Positions 9,722 to 18,801 of a DNA stretch of 64,000 bases are shown here, piece after piece. Origin of the DNA: Bacteroidota bacterium. GTDB lineage: Bacteria > Bacteroidota > JABWAT01. Under the pieces are notes generated by a model. It was not told where the DNA came from, did not search any database, and saw only the letters and a list, made by a program, of their open reading frames with translations. The stretch spans positions 5,259-69,258 of the forward strand of contig JABWAT010000001.1 in NCBI GenBank assembly GCA_013360915.1, given 5' to 3'. The translations under genes were made by a program, and so were the position numbers. The number at the start of each line of letters is the position of its first letter. Positions within the stretch are counted from its first letter, which is position 1.

Positions 9722-11019
9722 AGGGAGTTCCGTTTGCGGGATAATTGAATAAGATGTGCGGCCGAAGCAATAACTGCAAAAATACGAATGAGGATGGTGA
9801 TGGTAAAAACCAACAGAATATTGGATTCCCTGTCAGGGCTCCAGGATTCGGTGACAGCGCCCCCGAGCCAGGTTCCCAGAAAATAGGCCAGACCGGATGT
9901 GGTTGCATAAACTGCAATCCTGATGTTCCTGAAAGGTTCAGACGGCTTTCCCAGACTGATGGTAGCATTGGTCAGCAGAAAACCGCTGTAACAAACGCCG
10001 ATCACCACCGCATCAAGAAAAAACAGCCACAGCGTTGATTGGTTGATGAATAGCCAGAGAAAGGATGAAGTCAGCAATCCACTCAATGAGGATAAAAGGC
10101 TCACATGGACTCCGAAACGATCCAATATCCGACCGAAAATTTGGTAGGAAATGATGCCGATACCCAAAATCAGGGATTGATACCATGCGAAGGTTGAATA
10201 GGAAATTTTTTGCTCCTCAACCATATAAATCGGAATAATCATAATGACCATCCCGACGGATAACAGTCCGGTCGAAGACACAAAAACCGTTTTCATAAAC
10301 GGGCGATCGGCCAGTACCATTCTGATACTGGCTAAATTGAGGGGCTCCCTGCTCGTTTCCGGTTGTTCCCGATGGGTTTGCCTGGAAAACAGAAAAACCG
10401 TTATCAGGCCAAAAAGCACGCTGATGGCAAGCAGAGTGGCATAGCCTGCGGACAAATCGCCATTGGAAGTAAACCGGTCGAGAGTCCAGCCAATCAGCAC
10501 ATGGTAAGCTGCAGACACCATTGCTGTAATTCCCTGCCGGAATCCGAAATACTTACCTCTTACACCCGGGACAACCAGATCGCTCATCCAACTGTTCCAG
10601 CCATGTGCAAGGAGCTTATCCAGAATAAAATAGGAAGTGAAAATGAGGACAAACAGCCAACCCATCGAAGCCGGATTTCCAAACAACAGAACCCCGATTG
10701 GGATGAGCCACAGTGACCGTGCCAGCAAGGCGAGAACCATCACCCATTTTTTACGGTCAATGCCCCTGTTCAGAATCCAGACATTCACGAAATAAAAAAT
10801 CTGAAACAGGAAGGAAAAGCTTGAGAGGATGGAAACGGTTGTTTCTGATAGTCCGAACAGGAAACCAAGTCCCATCAGCCAGGCATTCTGCAGCAATAAA
10901 TACTGGAAATTTGCAAGAACACCTTCAAGCGTCGAAATCTTCAACCCTTGCCGGATGGAGTCGGATGAATGCATGGAAAGTGGCAACGGTTTTGTTACCA
11001 CTGGTTTGCGGAGAGACAA
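9718..11019 (-). CDS. MFS-type transporter
   Basis: 433 aa with about 12 hydrophobic segments in a 6+6 organisation and a central loop. It overlaps the purL start by 4 nt. Confidence 0.65.
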   Translation of the reverse strand: MSLRKPVVTKPLPLSMHSSDSIRQGLKISTLEGVLANFQYLLLQNAWLMGLGFLFGLSETTVSILSSFSFLFQIFYFVNVWILNRGIDRKKWVMVLALLARSLWLIPIGVLLFGNPASMGWLFVLIFTSYFILDKLLAHGWNSWMSDLVVPGVRGKYFGFRQGITAMVSAAYHVLIGWTLDRFTSNGDLSAGYATLLAISVLFGLITVFLFSRQTHREQPETSREPLNLASIRMVLADRPFMKTVFVSSTGLLSVGMVIMIIPIYMVEEQKISYSTFAWYQSLILGIGIISYQIFGRILDRFGVHVSLLSSLSGLLTSSFLWLFINQSTLWLFFLDAVVIGVCYSGFLLTNATISLGKPSEPFRNIRIAVYATTSGLAYFLGTWLGGAVTESWSPDRESNILLVFTITILIRIFAVIASAAHLIQLSRKRNSL

Positions 11020-11029
11020 CTGATGGCTA

Positions 11030-11572
11030 TCAGTTAACCGGGGTCGGTGAAATAACCTTTGATTTTTCTTCCGGATTCTTATAGTGATGGAGAAACTCGA
11101 GACGATCTTTCAGATCGGAGGCTGGTGTCATGAGTTTCTCCTTGCCGAAAATGGCAGAGTCCCGGTTATTGAACACAATGTCATATTCTTTGCTCATGAC
11201 AATGGCTTCTTCGGGACACACTTCTTCACAATAACCGCAGAAGATGCAGCGGAGCATATCGATTTCGAAGACCTTTGGAAACCGTTCCTGATTGCGGCTG
11301 GTTTCATCGGCTTCCACATAAATGGCCAGAGGTGGGCAGGCACGGGAGCAAAGCCCGCAGGCCACACAGCGTTCAGTACCATCTTCTTTCTCTACGAGCA
11401 CGGGACGGCCTCTGAAAACAGGAGGGGCAATCCATTTTTCTTCAGGATACCGGAGGGTGACTACCGGTTCAAACATCTGACGGAACGTATACCACATTCC
11501 CTTGATGATTTCAGGCAGGTAGATTTTCTCGCTGAAAGTGAGGCGCTGGTCGATGTTTACGGTTTTGTTCAT
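11030..11572 (-). CDS. nuoI: NADH-quinone oxidoreductase subunit I-like 2x[4Fe-4S] ferredoxin
   Basis: [12 protein letters not shown] and [12 protein letters not shown] motifs in the NuoI-specific context (RYPEEK..., [15 protein letters not shown]). Length is 180 aa. Confidence 0.85.
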   Translation of the reverse strand: MNKTVNIDQRLTFSEKIYLPEIIKGMWYTFRQMFEPVVTLRYPEEKWIAPPVFRGRPVLVEKEDGTERCVACGLCSRACPPLAIYVEADETSRNQERFPKVFEIDMLRCIFCGYCEEVCPEEAIVMSKEYDIVFNNRDSAIFGKEKLMTPASDLKDRLEFLHHYKNPEEKSKVISPTPVN

Positions 11573-11649
11573 GCCCGATTCCGGTTTTTCAAAAGAATAA
11601 ACTGTGAGTTCTGTAGTTGGGTTCCGCGAATATCCGGAAAAGCACCGGA

Positions 11650-12549
11650 TCAGTCAATTGAAGATGGGGGTAAAATCTGGCTAACCAGAAGGTCCACGGT
11701 TTTATCAACTTCGTTTTCTGGGACCCTGGTGCTTCCAGCACCTTCATGGCCGCCTCCACCCAATGATTTAAGTAGGCGTCCCACATGCAGCTTAGAAGAC
11801 CGGTTCAGAATACTTTTTCCAAGGCTGATTTTAACAAGGGAGGGATTCAGCCGATCACGGGTCAATTGCAGCTGAATATTGCACGGTTCAAACATGGCAA
11901 AAGGCAGAAAGCGGTTCGAAATCCACTCTCTGTCATCCACATTCCGAAAATCAGTAATCAGGAGGTGGTCCTTCATGGAAGAATGAGCAAGAATCGCCTG
12001 CCGGTACTTTTCCTGTGAGTTCAGAAAAAAGGCAATCCGATTCATGACTTCCTGATTTTGCAGGCAGGTTTCAGGTTTTCCCGAATCAAGCAAGTCGATC
12101 AGGAGATTCCAATACTCATAATCGGTAGATTCCCGGGAAGGAACAACGGTAAAGGAAACCAGGACATAGTCTTTTGGTGAAAGGATGTCATCCCTGTCCA
12201 GTAAGGCACCATCGATTTTATCGGTTTCCCGGGTCAGATCGTTAAAGCGTTTCAGTGAAGGGACGGTGGATTTAAAGGCTTCCCAGATAAGACCTGCTGC
12301 AGAGGGAGCCACTTCAAAAACCCCTCTGAATTCATCTGGAATGTCATTGGATGCATGGTGATCGAACCACCAGGAGCACGCAGGATGATAAGGAAGGTTT
12401 GCGATTATGTCGGATGGCAGCACCGGGAACAAACCATCCTGAATATCCTTTGGTTCTGCGAACAGTACGGACTCGATGGGAAAGATGTGTTTCAGGTAGA
12501 CCGCGCAAACCAGACCGTCAAAATCGGGTCTGATAATCAGTCGTGGCAT
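11650..12549 (-). CDS. DHH/DHHA1-family phosphoesterase (NrnA-like nanoRNase candidate)
   Basis: DHH motifs RPDFDGLVC and FDHHASN, plus the DHHA1 motif GGGHEGAGS near the C-terminus. Its ATG shares one nucleotide with the upstream TGA (TGATG). Confidence 0.75.
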   Translation of the reverse strand: MPRLIIRPDFDGLVCAVYLKHIFPIESVLFAEPKDIQDGLFPVLPSDIIANLPYHPACSWWFDHHASNDIPDEFRGVFEVAPSAAGLIWEAFKSTVPSLKRFNDLTRETDKIDGALLDRDDILSPKDYVLVSFTVVPSRESTDYEYWNLLIDLLDSGKPETCLQNQEVMNRIAFFLNSQEKYRQAILAHSSMKDHLLITDFRNVDDREWISNRFLPFAMFEPCNIQLQLTRDRLNPSLVKISLGKSILNRSSKLHVGRLLKSLGGGGHEGAGSTRVPENEVDKTVDLLVSQILPPSSID

Positions 12550-13535
12550 CAGCCCTGATTATCCAGATTTTTTTCGGTAACCATATCGATAAACTCCTGA
12601 ATCAGGCGGGGATCCCAGCTTCCCTGTTGAGTTTCCTTCAGCATAATATCAAAGGTGGTCCGACGGTCAAGTGCTTTCCGGTAAGGTCTTTCCGTGGTAA
12701 GTGCATCGTAAAAATCGACGGTTGAAACGACCCTTGCCACCAGGGGAATTTCTTCACCTTTCAGTTTATCCGGGTATCCTGAGCCATCCCAACGTTCCTG
12801 ATGGTGTCTGATACAGGCAAGAACAGGTTGAAGCGTTTTCAGAGGAGAACAGATTTTCTCGCCTTCTTCCGGGTGAGTCTTCATCACCTCGTATTCCTCA
12901 ATGGTAAGACGCCCTGGTTTCAGCAGGATTGAATCGCTGATGGCTATTTTGCCAATGTCATGGAGAATACCACCACGGATGACAATTTCAATTTCCTGGG
13001 TGGACAAACCGATGCGTTCTGCAAGCAGCCGGCCGTAGTATGCTAACCGGTCGCAGTGTCCTTCTGTATATTCATCTCTGGCTTCAACCGCCCGGGCCAA
13101 AGAGAAAATCACCGTTTCTGCATTTTCAAGCTGGTCGGTGAAATACTTGGTTTTCAGCAGGGACCTGACTCTGGTAATCAATTCGGTCCGGTTGAATGGC
13201 TTTCCGAGAAAATCATCCACTCCGATATCGATGGCCTTGATTTTGGCATCAAAATCATACAGGCCGGTGAGCATGATGATCGGAATCAGCCGTGTATCGC
13301 GGTTACTTTTCAGAACTTTGGAGAGCTCATAGCCATTCATACGTGGCATCATCATATCGACAATGACCAGATCGGGATTCTTCTGGCCGATTTTGACCAG
13401 CGCTTCTTCCCCATCCTGAGCGGTTTCCACAAAGTAGTTTTCTTCTTCGAGACAGTCCTTCAACAATGACAAAACCGATTCGTGGTCATCAACCACTAAG
13501 ATCCGGCTTTGATTTTTCGGTAAAAATTCGAGCAC
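12549..13535 (-). CDS. response regulator with an HD-GYP output domain (c-di-GMP phosphodiesterase type)
   Basis: N-terminal receiver domain (ILVVDDHES, DLVIVDMMMP, KPF), then HDIGK and HHERWDGSGYP motifs. Confidence 0.9.
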   Translation of the reverse strand: MLEFLPKNQSRILVVDDHESVLSLLKDCLEEENYFVETAQDGEEALVKIGQKNPDLVIVDMMMPRMNGYELSKVLKSNRDTRLIPIIMLTGLYDFDAKIKAIDIGVDDFLGKPFNRTELITRVRSLLKTKYFTDQLENAETVIFSLARAVEARDEYTEGHCDRLAYYGRLLAERIGLSTQEIEIVIRGGILHDIGKIAISDSILLKPGRLTIEEYEVMKTHPEEGEKICSPLKTLQPVLACIRHHQERWDGSGYPDKLKGEEIPLVARVVSTVDFYDALTTERPYRKALDRRTTFDIMLKETQQGSWDPRLIQEFIDMVTEKNLDNQG

Positions 13536-13597
13536 ACCTTGTCCCTGTTTTGTTTCTAAAAATAGGTCGTAATTCCCCGAAACTCAACCAATCCGGA

Positions 13598-14518
13598 TTA
13601 TTGCTTACGGGTGTGGATGATATTTCTGAGAAACCCTTTTTTTCCTCGTCTGATCATGGGGGTTTGTGAGAAGGTTTTTCGGAATCTGGATGAAGACAGG
13701 TTTTCAATATGCTGCAGATCCATTGTTTTCCAGATTCCTTCACCGGGCTGGTCAGGTGACTTTAATTGATTGCCAAACTTCTGATTCCACGGACACACTT
13801 CCTGGCAGATATCACACCCCCAGATCCAACCGTTCGTATCAAAGCCGTCCGGCAGTGTTTCCTGCTTATTCTCGATGGTCTGATAGGAGATGCAGCGATT
13901 TGAATCGATGGTGCCAGGTTTGATGATGGCCTGTGTCGGGCAAGCACTCATACAGGCATTGCAGGTGCCGCAATGATTGGTTTGGTAGGGTTGATCTGCT
14001 TCAAGGTCGCGGTTCAGTAAAAGCAAGCCGATGTTAAACCAGGAGCCTTGTTTTGAAAGCAGCAGAGAATGTTTACCAATCCAGCCCAATCCCGCCAGCC
14101 GAGCATATTCCCTTTCGAAAACAGGAGCAGAATCAATGGCAATCCGGTATTCAAGTCCGGAATCGGTTTCTTTAAGTCGGCTGGCCATCCAATCCAGTTT
14201 CTCACGCATGGTGAAATGGTAGTCCGGACCACTTGCATACCGGCTGATCTTGCCCAGGTTTGTCCGGGGATCCGAACTGGTCTCGGTGAGGTAATTCCAC
14301 AGTACAACCACCACGGACCGAATGGGAGGAAACAAAAGCCGGATATCCTCACGGAGGTCGGCATGGCGTTCCATATAATCCATTCCGGCATGATGACCCG
14401 ATTGAATCCAGTCGAGAAGGGACTGACGGTGATTGTTTAGGAGAACGGGGTGGGTGATTCCGCAGGCGAGGAATCCGGCCTGATCAGCCAATTGCTTAAT
14501 CAGGCCGGCTGTAATCAT
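13598..14518 (-). CDS. queG: epoxyqueuosine reductase
   Basis: CGTCNACMSACP and CDICQEVCPWN ferredoxin motifs in the QueG context. Length is 306 aa. Confidence 0.88.
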   Translation of the reverse strand: MITAGLIKQLADQAGFLACGITHPVLLNNHRQSLLDWIQSGHHAGMDYMERHADLREDIRLLFPPIRSVVVVLWNYLTETSSDPRTNLGKISRYASGPDYHFTMREKLDWMASRLKETDSGLEYRIAIDSAPVFEREYARLAGLGWIGKHSLLLSKQGSWFNIGLLLLNRDLEADQPYQTNHCGTCNACMSACPTQAIIKPGTIDSNRCISYQTIENKQETLPDGFDTNGWIWGCDICQEVCPWNQKFGNQLKSPDQPGEGIWKTMDLQHIENLSSSRFRKTFSQTPMIRRGKKGFLRNIIHTRKQ

Positions 14519-14533
14519 CGAAACTCTGAGTGT

Positions 14534-15040
14534 TTACGGTTTGGTGGGAATTTCCACTGTCATCTGAATGCGCTGAAGCGGATTATCTCGCTGATCTCGT
14601 TGCTGTTTCACAATCTGATCTGCCACATCCATTCCCTCGATGACCTCTCCAAAGACGGTATATTGTCCATCAAGAAACTGGTTATCGGCCACATTGATGT
14701 AAAACTGGGATCCGCTGGATTCCCTTTTTGGATTCACCATGTCTGGTTTTCGGGCTGCAGCAACAGATCCCCTTGAATTCGGGAGTGATATTTCTGCGGG
14801 AATGGTGTAATCGGGACCACCCATTCCATGCGAGCTCCGGTCTTCCTTTTTAGAATTCGGGTCTCCGCCCTGGATCATAAACCCGGGAATGACCCGGTGG
14901 AAAGTGCATCCATTGAAGTAACCTTCAGTTGCCAGCTTAATAAAGTTTTTTGCATGCAACGGAGCCACATCTTCACGCAGACGGATGGTGATTTTTCCAA
15001 AACTGGTGGTTATGGATACGGTTGGAAGAAGCTGGGTCAT
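14534..15040 (-). CDS. cyclophilin-type peptidyl-prolyl cis-trans isomerase
   Basis: FHRVIPGFMIQGGDP, GSQFYI and VFGEVIEGMDV motifs. Confidence 0.92.
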   Translation of the reverse strand: MTQLLPTVSITTSFGKITIRLREDVAPLHAKNFIKLATEGYFNGCTFHRVIPGFMIQGGDPNSKKEDRSSHGMGGPDYTIPAEISLPNSRGSVAAARKPDMVNPKRESSGSQFYINVADNQFLDGQYTVFGEVIEGMDVADQIVKQQRDQRDNPLQRIQMTVEIPTKP

Positions 15041-15043
15041 TTT

Positions 15044-16858
15044 TTAATCCTCATATTGTACAGCAAAGCCGAAGGCGTACGGACCGGCGTGTGATCCCAG
15101 AACCGGAGAAACCTCGGCGGTAGGGATATCAATTTTTGGCATAACTTTCCGAAGGGCGGCTTCCAATTCAATGGCAGATTGAATATTGGCGGCATGGACC
15201 ACTCCCAAACGCTTGATTTTCCGGGATGTGTTCAACTTTTTCAGGAAATATCCAATGGCCGAACGCCGGGACCTGACTACATCCACCTTTTCAACTTTAC
15301 CATCCGGTTTAAAAGTAAGGATTGGCTTCATGCCCAGCAGCCTGGCGATAAATCCACGAACTTTCGAGAGTCTTCCCCCTTTGATCAGGTACTCGACCGA
15401 ATCGAGATAAAAATAAATTTCGAATTTCGTCCGGATGGCATCCTGTTCATTAACGATCGTTTCTACCGGAACCCCGGCCCGAAGTCTTTCAACCACTTCC
15501 TCGAGCATGAAGCCGGATGCCAGAGACAGGGTTCGTGTGTCAAAATCGAACACCTGCTTACCGGTCCCGGATGACTCAACCTGTCTGGCAGCGGTCAATC
15601 CAGCCTGGTAGGTACCCGAAACAGCAGAACTGAGACTGAACCACAACACTTTGTCTTTCTTCTGAGAAGCAAGGGTGAGGTCTTTCAACAACCGGCCCGG
15701 ATTTGGTAATGAAGTACTGGGTGTCAGTTTCCGGTCTGCCCTGAGGCGGTTGTAAAACTCTTCTGTTGTAATGGTTTCCTGATCCAGGTACTCTTTTCCA
15801 CCAAGAAAAACCTGTAAAGGTGTAACAGTGATGTTGTATTGCTTTCGTGTGGACTCAAAGACAGCACAGGATGAGTCAACCACGATGCTGACAGGTAACG
15901 GATTTTCATTCTCGCCCCAGGTATCGGCATGCTGAGCCCGCATATCCTCATGTTTTTTCTGAAGCACGGTACCATAGGATTCTGCTATCTGGAATACGTC
16001 GTGAGGGGTATTTGTGTGGAGATGAACCCTGATTTTTGTCTTGCTTCCTGCAACAATGATCGAATCGCCATAGGACAGAATCCGGTCCCGTAGTTCATTC
16101 TTTTTAAGGTCTTTTCCTTCAAGAAGAAACTCGGTGCAATATTGGAAATGAATTGATTCGGGGTCAAAGACCACATTGGCATGTGCTTCCATCTCCATAT
16201 CGGAAGCATCCAGTTCGGCAATGGTTTCTTCCTTGACGCTGCCGCTCAGAATGAATGCAGAAACACCCTCTATTATATTCACAAAGCCAGACGCACCAGA
16301 ATCCACAACATTGGCCTTTTTGAGCACTTCCAATTGGTTTGTGGTCTCTGCCAGGGCCCTTTTTAGATCAACCAGTGAGGATTTGATCAGTTTCCGGTAA
16401 TCAGCCTCTGCTTTTGCTAATCGGCTGACCGATTCGGACCAACTTCTCATGACGGTCAGAATGGTCCCTTCCCTGGGTTTACTGATGGCATCCATGGCCA
16501 TCTGAACCGCGTTTTCAATGGCAAGGGCGAAATCACGGGTATCTGCCTTGGACTTTCCCGTGAATCCCTCTGAAAGTCCCTGGAAAAACTGAGCCAGAAT
16601 AGCTCCGGAGTTTCCTCTGGCTGCCATGAGTGCACTTTCAGCAACGGCATTACTCATTTTATAGAGATGCGGTTCGTAGGAATCATACGCACGCTGAAGA
16701 ATGGCCCGCATGGTGGCGGCCATGTTGCTGCCGGTATCACCGTCAGCAACCGGGAACACATTGATCTTATTCAGGTGGTCTTTGTGCCGGATCAGATTCA
16801 GGGAGCCGGCAATCACAGCCCGGCGTAACCGGTGTCCGTTGAGGTAATGAATAGACAT
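15044..16858 (-). CDS. DAK2 (DhaL/FakA-like) domain fused to a DegV (FakB-like) fatty-acid-binding domain
   Basis: The N-terminus has DGDTGSNM and GNSG, as in DhaL/FakA. The middle has YCTEF...RVHLHTN, as in the FakA central domain. The C-terminal ~280 aa carry DegV signatures (IVVDSSC, TSLPNPG, LSSAVSGTYQ). Confidence 0.85.
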   Translation of the reverse strand: MSIHYLNGHRLRRAVIAGSLNLIRHKDHLNKINVFPVADGDTGSNMAATMRAILQRAYDSYEPHLYKMSNAVAESALMAARGNSGAILAQFFQGLSEGFTGKSKADTRDFALAIENAVQMAMDAISKPREGTILTVMRSWSESVSRLAKAEADYRKLIKSSLVDLKRALAETTNQLEVLKKANVVDSGASGFVNIIEGVSAFILSGSVKEETIAELDASDMEMEAHANVVFDPESIHFQYCTEFLLEGKDLKKNELRDRILSYGDSIIVAGSKTKIRVHLHTNTPHDVFQIAESYGTVLQKKHEDMRAQHADTWGENENPLPVSIVVDSSCAVFESTRKQYNITVTPLQVFLGGKEYLDQETITTEEFYNRLRADRKLTPSTSLPNPGRLLKDLTLASQKKDKVLWFSLSSAVSGTYQAGLTAARQVESSGTGKQVFDFDTRTLSLASGFMLEEVVERLRAGVPVETIVNEQDAIRTKFEIYFYLDSVEYLIKGGRLSKVRGFIARLLGMKPILTFKPDGKVEKVDVVRSRRSAIGYFLKKLNTSRKIKRLGVVHAANIQSAIELEAALRKVMPKIDIPTAEVSPVLGSHAGPYAFGFAVQYED

Positions 16859-16915
16859 CAGGAATGGTTCCTTTTTGCTTAGTACTTCCCTTCAGCAGGA
16901 TTTTCCACCGGTAGG

Positions 16916-17812
16916 TCAGTGCTGAGGATGAATGAGGTTGTAAACATCAAGTGGGTGATTTACAATCAGGCCATGAATGTCATGCTGAATCACTTTTCCG
17001 CAGGCATTCAGTTCAGATTCTTTATCAGTATAATGATGCTCTGTGTAGGCCAGAATGGAGGTTTCAAGTTCATCCTTAACCAGAGTTTCAAACTCCTTGT
17101 CAACCTTGGATATAGGAACGATGATGTATTGGGCACTGAGTTGTTTAACCTTACTGATCCAACCCCTTTCATCGGGTTGGTCGGTAAGCACGCCCAGTTT
17201 CATATCCTGACTGTAATGTCTGAGTAAGTCCAGACTTTCCCAGTTGAAGGAGGAAAACAGAACATGCCGGGGATCGATCCATGAGTCGACCTGCATGTAC
17301 AGCCGGTTGACGAAGTTTTTCACAAACTCACCCTTCAGAAGCGGACTGATCTTCAATTCTATGTTGAGGAGGAAATCAGCAGAGTCTTCCGGAACCAGAC
17401 TCAGGATATCATCGAGGGTGGCAATTCCCACTCCCTTGAATTTTTTATTATACAGGACGCCGTAATCGACCTTCTTCAATTCTGCCATGGGTAATGTGGA
17501 AATCCGGGCTTTCGGACCTCCGAAACGACTCAGATCTTCATCATGAAAGACGATGAGTTCGCCATCCTTGGTAATCTGAACATCGATTTCAGCACCATCA
17601 ATGGTGCTTTCATCCAGACAGGAGGCAACCGCGTTAACCGAGTTTTCGGGAAGCAATCCACTGTTTCCCCTGTGACCGATCACCATGATTTTGTGCCGGG
17701 GGGCAACGATTCCCTGTTTTGGTTTTTTCGGTGCTTTCTTTGTTTTTTTTGTATCTGTCATTTTAAAAGTTGACGTAATTCCTGGATTGGTCCGTATTGC
17801 GGCCGCATCCAA
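16916..17812 (-). CDS. glycerophosphodiester phosphodiesterase family protein (cytoplasmic, Lys-rich N-terminus)
   Basis: VIGHRGNSGLLPENS plus the E-D-H pattern of the GDPD domain. The start is uncertain; the alternative ATG at 17761 would give MTDTKK. Confidence 0.8.
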   Translation of the reverse strand: MDAAAIRTNPGITSTFKMTDTKKTKKAPKKPKQGIVAPRHKIMVIGHRGNSGLLPENSVNAVASCLDESTIDGAEIDVQITKDGELIVFHDEDLSRFGGPKARISTLPMAELKKVDYGVLYNKKFKGVGIATLDDILSLVPEDSADFLLNIELKISPLLKGEFVKNFVNRLYMQVDSWIDPRHVLFSSFNWESLDLLRHYSQDMKLGVLTDQPDERGWISKVKQLSAQYIIVPISKVDKEFETLVKDELETSILAYTEHHYTDKESELNACGKVIQHDIHGLIVNHPLDVYNLIHPQH

Positions 17813-17961
17813 TGTTTAAAGTCCGGGCGCAGTTTGCTCCGGAATCTTAATATAAGTCTATTCTGGTACGTGATTCAATAGCTGATATGAAAAATTTTCG
17901 CTTCATGTAATCTTCATCTGTATCTGATTATATTTGATAAACAGAGAATGTTGTCAGTTAT

Positions 17962-18801
17962 ATGAATCCTTCTGCCCTGCTGACATTGATAGAGGACCCC
18001 GATCCTGAAATAAGGAAGGAAATCGGTCGTTTCTTTCAGTCGAATCATGACTTTTCTGCATTGGTTCAATTAGAAGTGATCATGGGAGAGGTCAGTTCTG
18101 AGTCCTCTGAATTCATACAGGAACTGTACCTTGAGTGTAAGGAAGCGTGGTTCAGGGAAAGTCTGATCCGGCTGGTTTCTGAGGACAGGTTACTGGACCA
18201 CCGGCTGCTGGGTGATGTACTGATCGGTATGAATGTCCTGTTTGCCGAACAGAATCAGGCCCTGGATGCCCGGATGGTCCTGGATAACATCATTCAGGAA
18301 TGTATTGAAAACAGCCATCCGTATGATACCGACTGGGACAAACTGTCTGCAATCAATCAGGTTCTGTATGTAAACCACCGTTTTACGGGAAATCATTCTA
18401 ATTACTACCACCTCTCTAACTCTGATTTTACTTCGTTGCTGAAGACCAAGCAGGGTATCCCGGTCAGTTTATCCATGTTGTACCTGATCGTCGGACGGGC
18501 TTGCGGGATTAATCTTCATCCGGCAGCGCTTCCGAGACATTTTATGTTGTGCCTCACCAATCCGGATCTGGTCTTTATAGATTGCTATAATTCCGGAGCA
18601 GTTCTCAACCCGGCCGACATCAGCCAGTTTTTATCAGAAATCAACATTCAGGAGCCCATTGATTCCTTTTTGTTTCCAACATCCTCTGCCGTGATCAGAC
18701 GCATTTTTCAAAATCTGATCTATTTGTGCAACAGCACCGGTGATGAAAAAATGCTCAGCAGACTCGGGGAATACCTCGCCCTGACCAACCAGAATGCCTG
18801 A
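17962..18801 (+). CDS. transglutaminase-like / SirB1 (YchA)-family protein
   Basis: The central region ...LLKTKQGIPVSLSMLYLIVGRACGINLHPAALPRHFML... resembles the SirB1 N-terminal transglutaminase-like core. Confidence 0.55.
   Translation: MNPSALLTLIEDPDPEIRKEIGRFFQSNHDFSALVQLEVIMGEVSSESSEFIQELYLECKEAWFRESLIRLVSEDRLLDHRLLGDVLIGMNVLFAEQNQALDARMVLDNIIQECIENSHPYDTDWDKLSAINQVLYVNHRFTGNHSNYYHLSNSDFTSLLKTKQGIPVSLSMLYLIVGRACGINLHPAALPRHFMLCLTNPDLVFIDCYNSGAVLNPADISQFLSEINIQEPIDSFLFPTSSAVIRRIFQNLIYLCNSTGDEKMLSRLGEYLALTNQNA

Noticed and set aside
11084-11875. A 263-aa plus-strand ORF antisense to nuoI and the DHH gene.
   Set aside because: It is a shadow ORF opposite two genes with strong family signatures, and it has no motif of its own.
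17887-17910. A 7-codon mini-ORF (MKNFRFM) in the divergent spacer between the GDPD and SirB1-like genes, considered as a possible leader peptide.
   Set aside because: It is too short, has no associated alternative hairpins or RBS, and I see no regulatory-codon logic.
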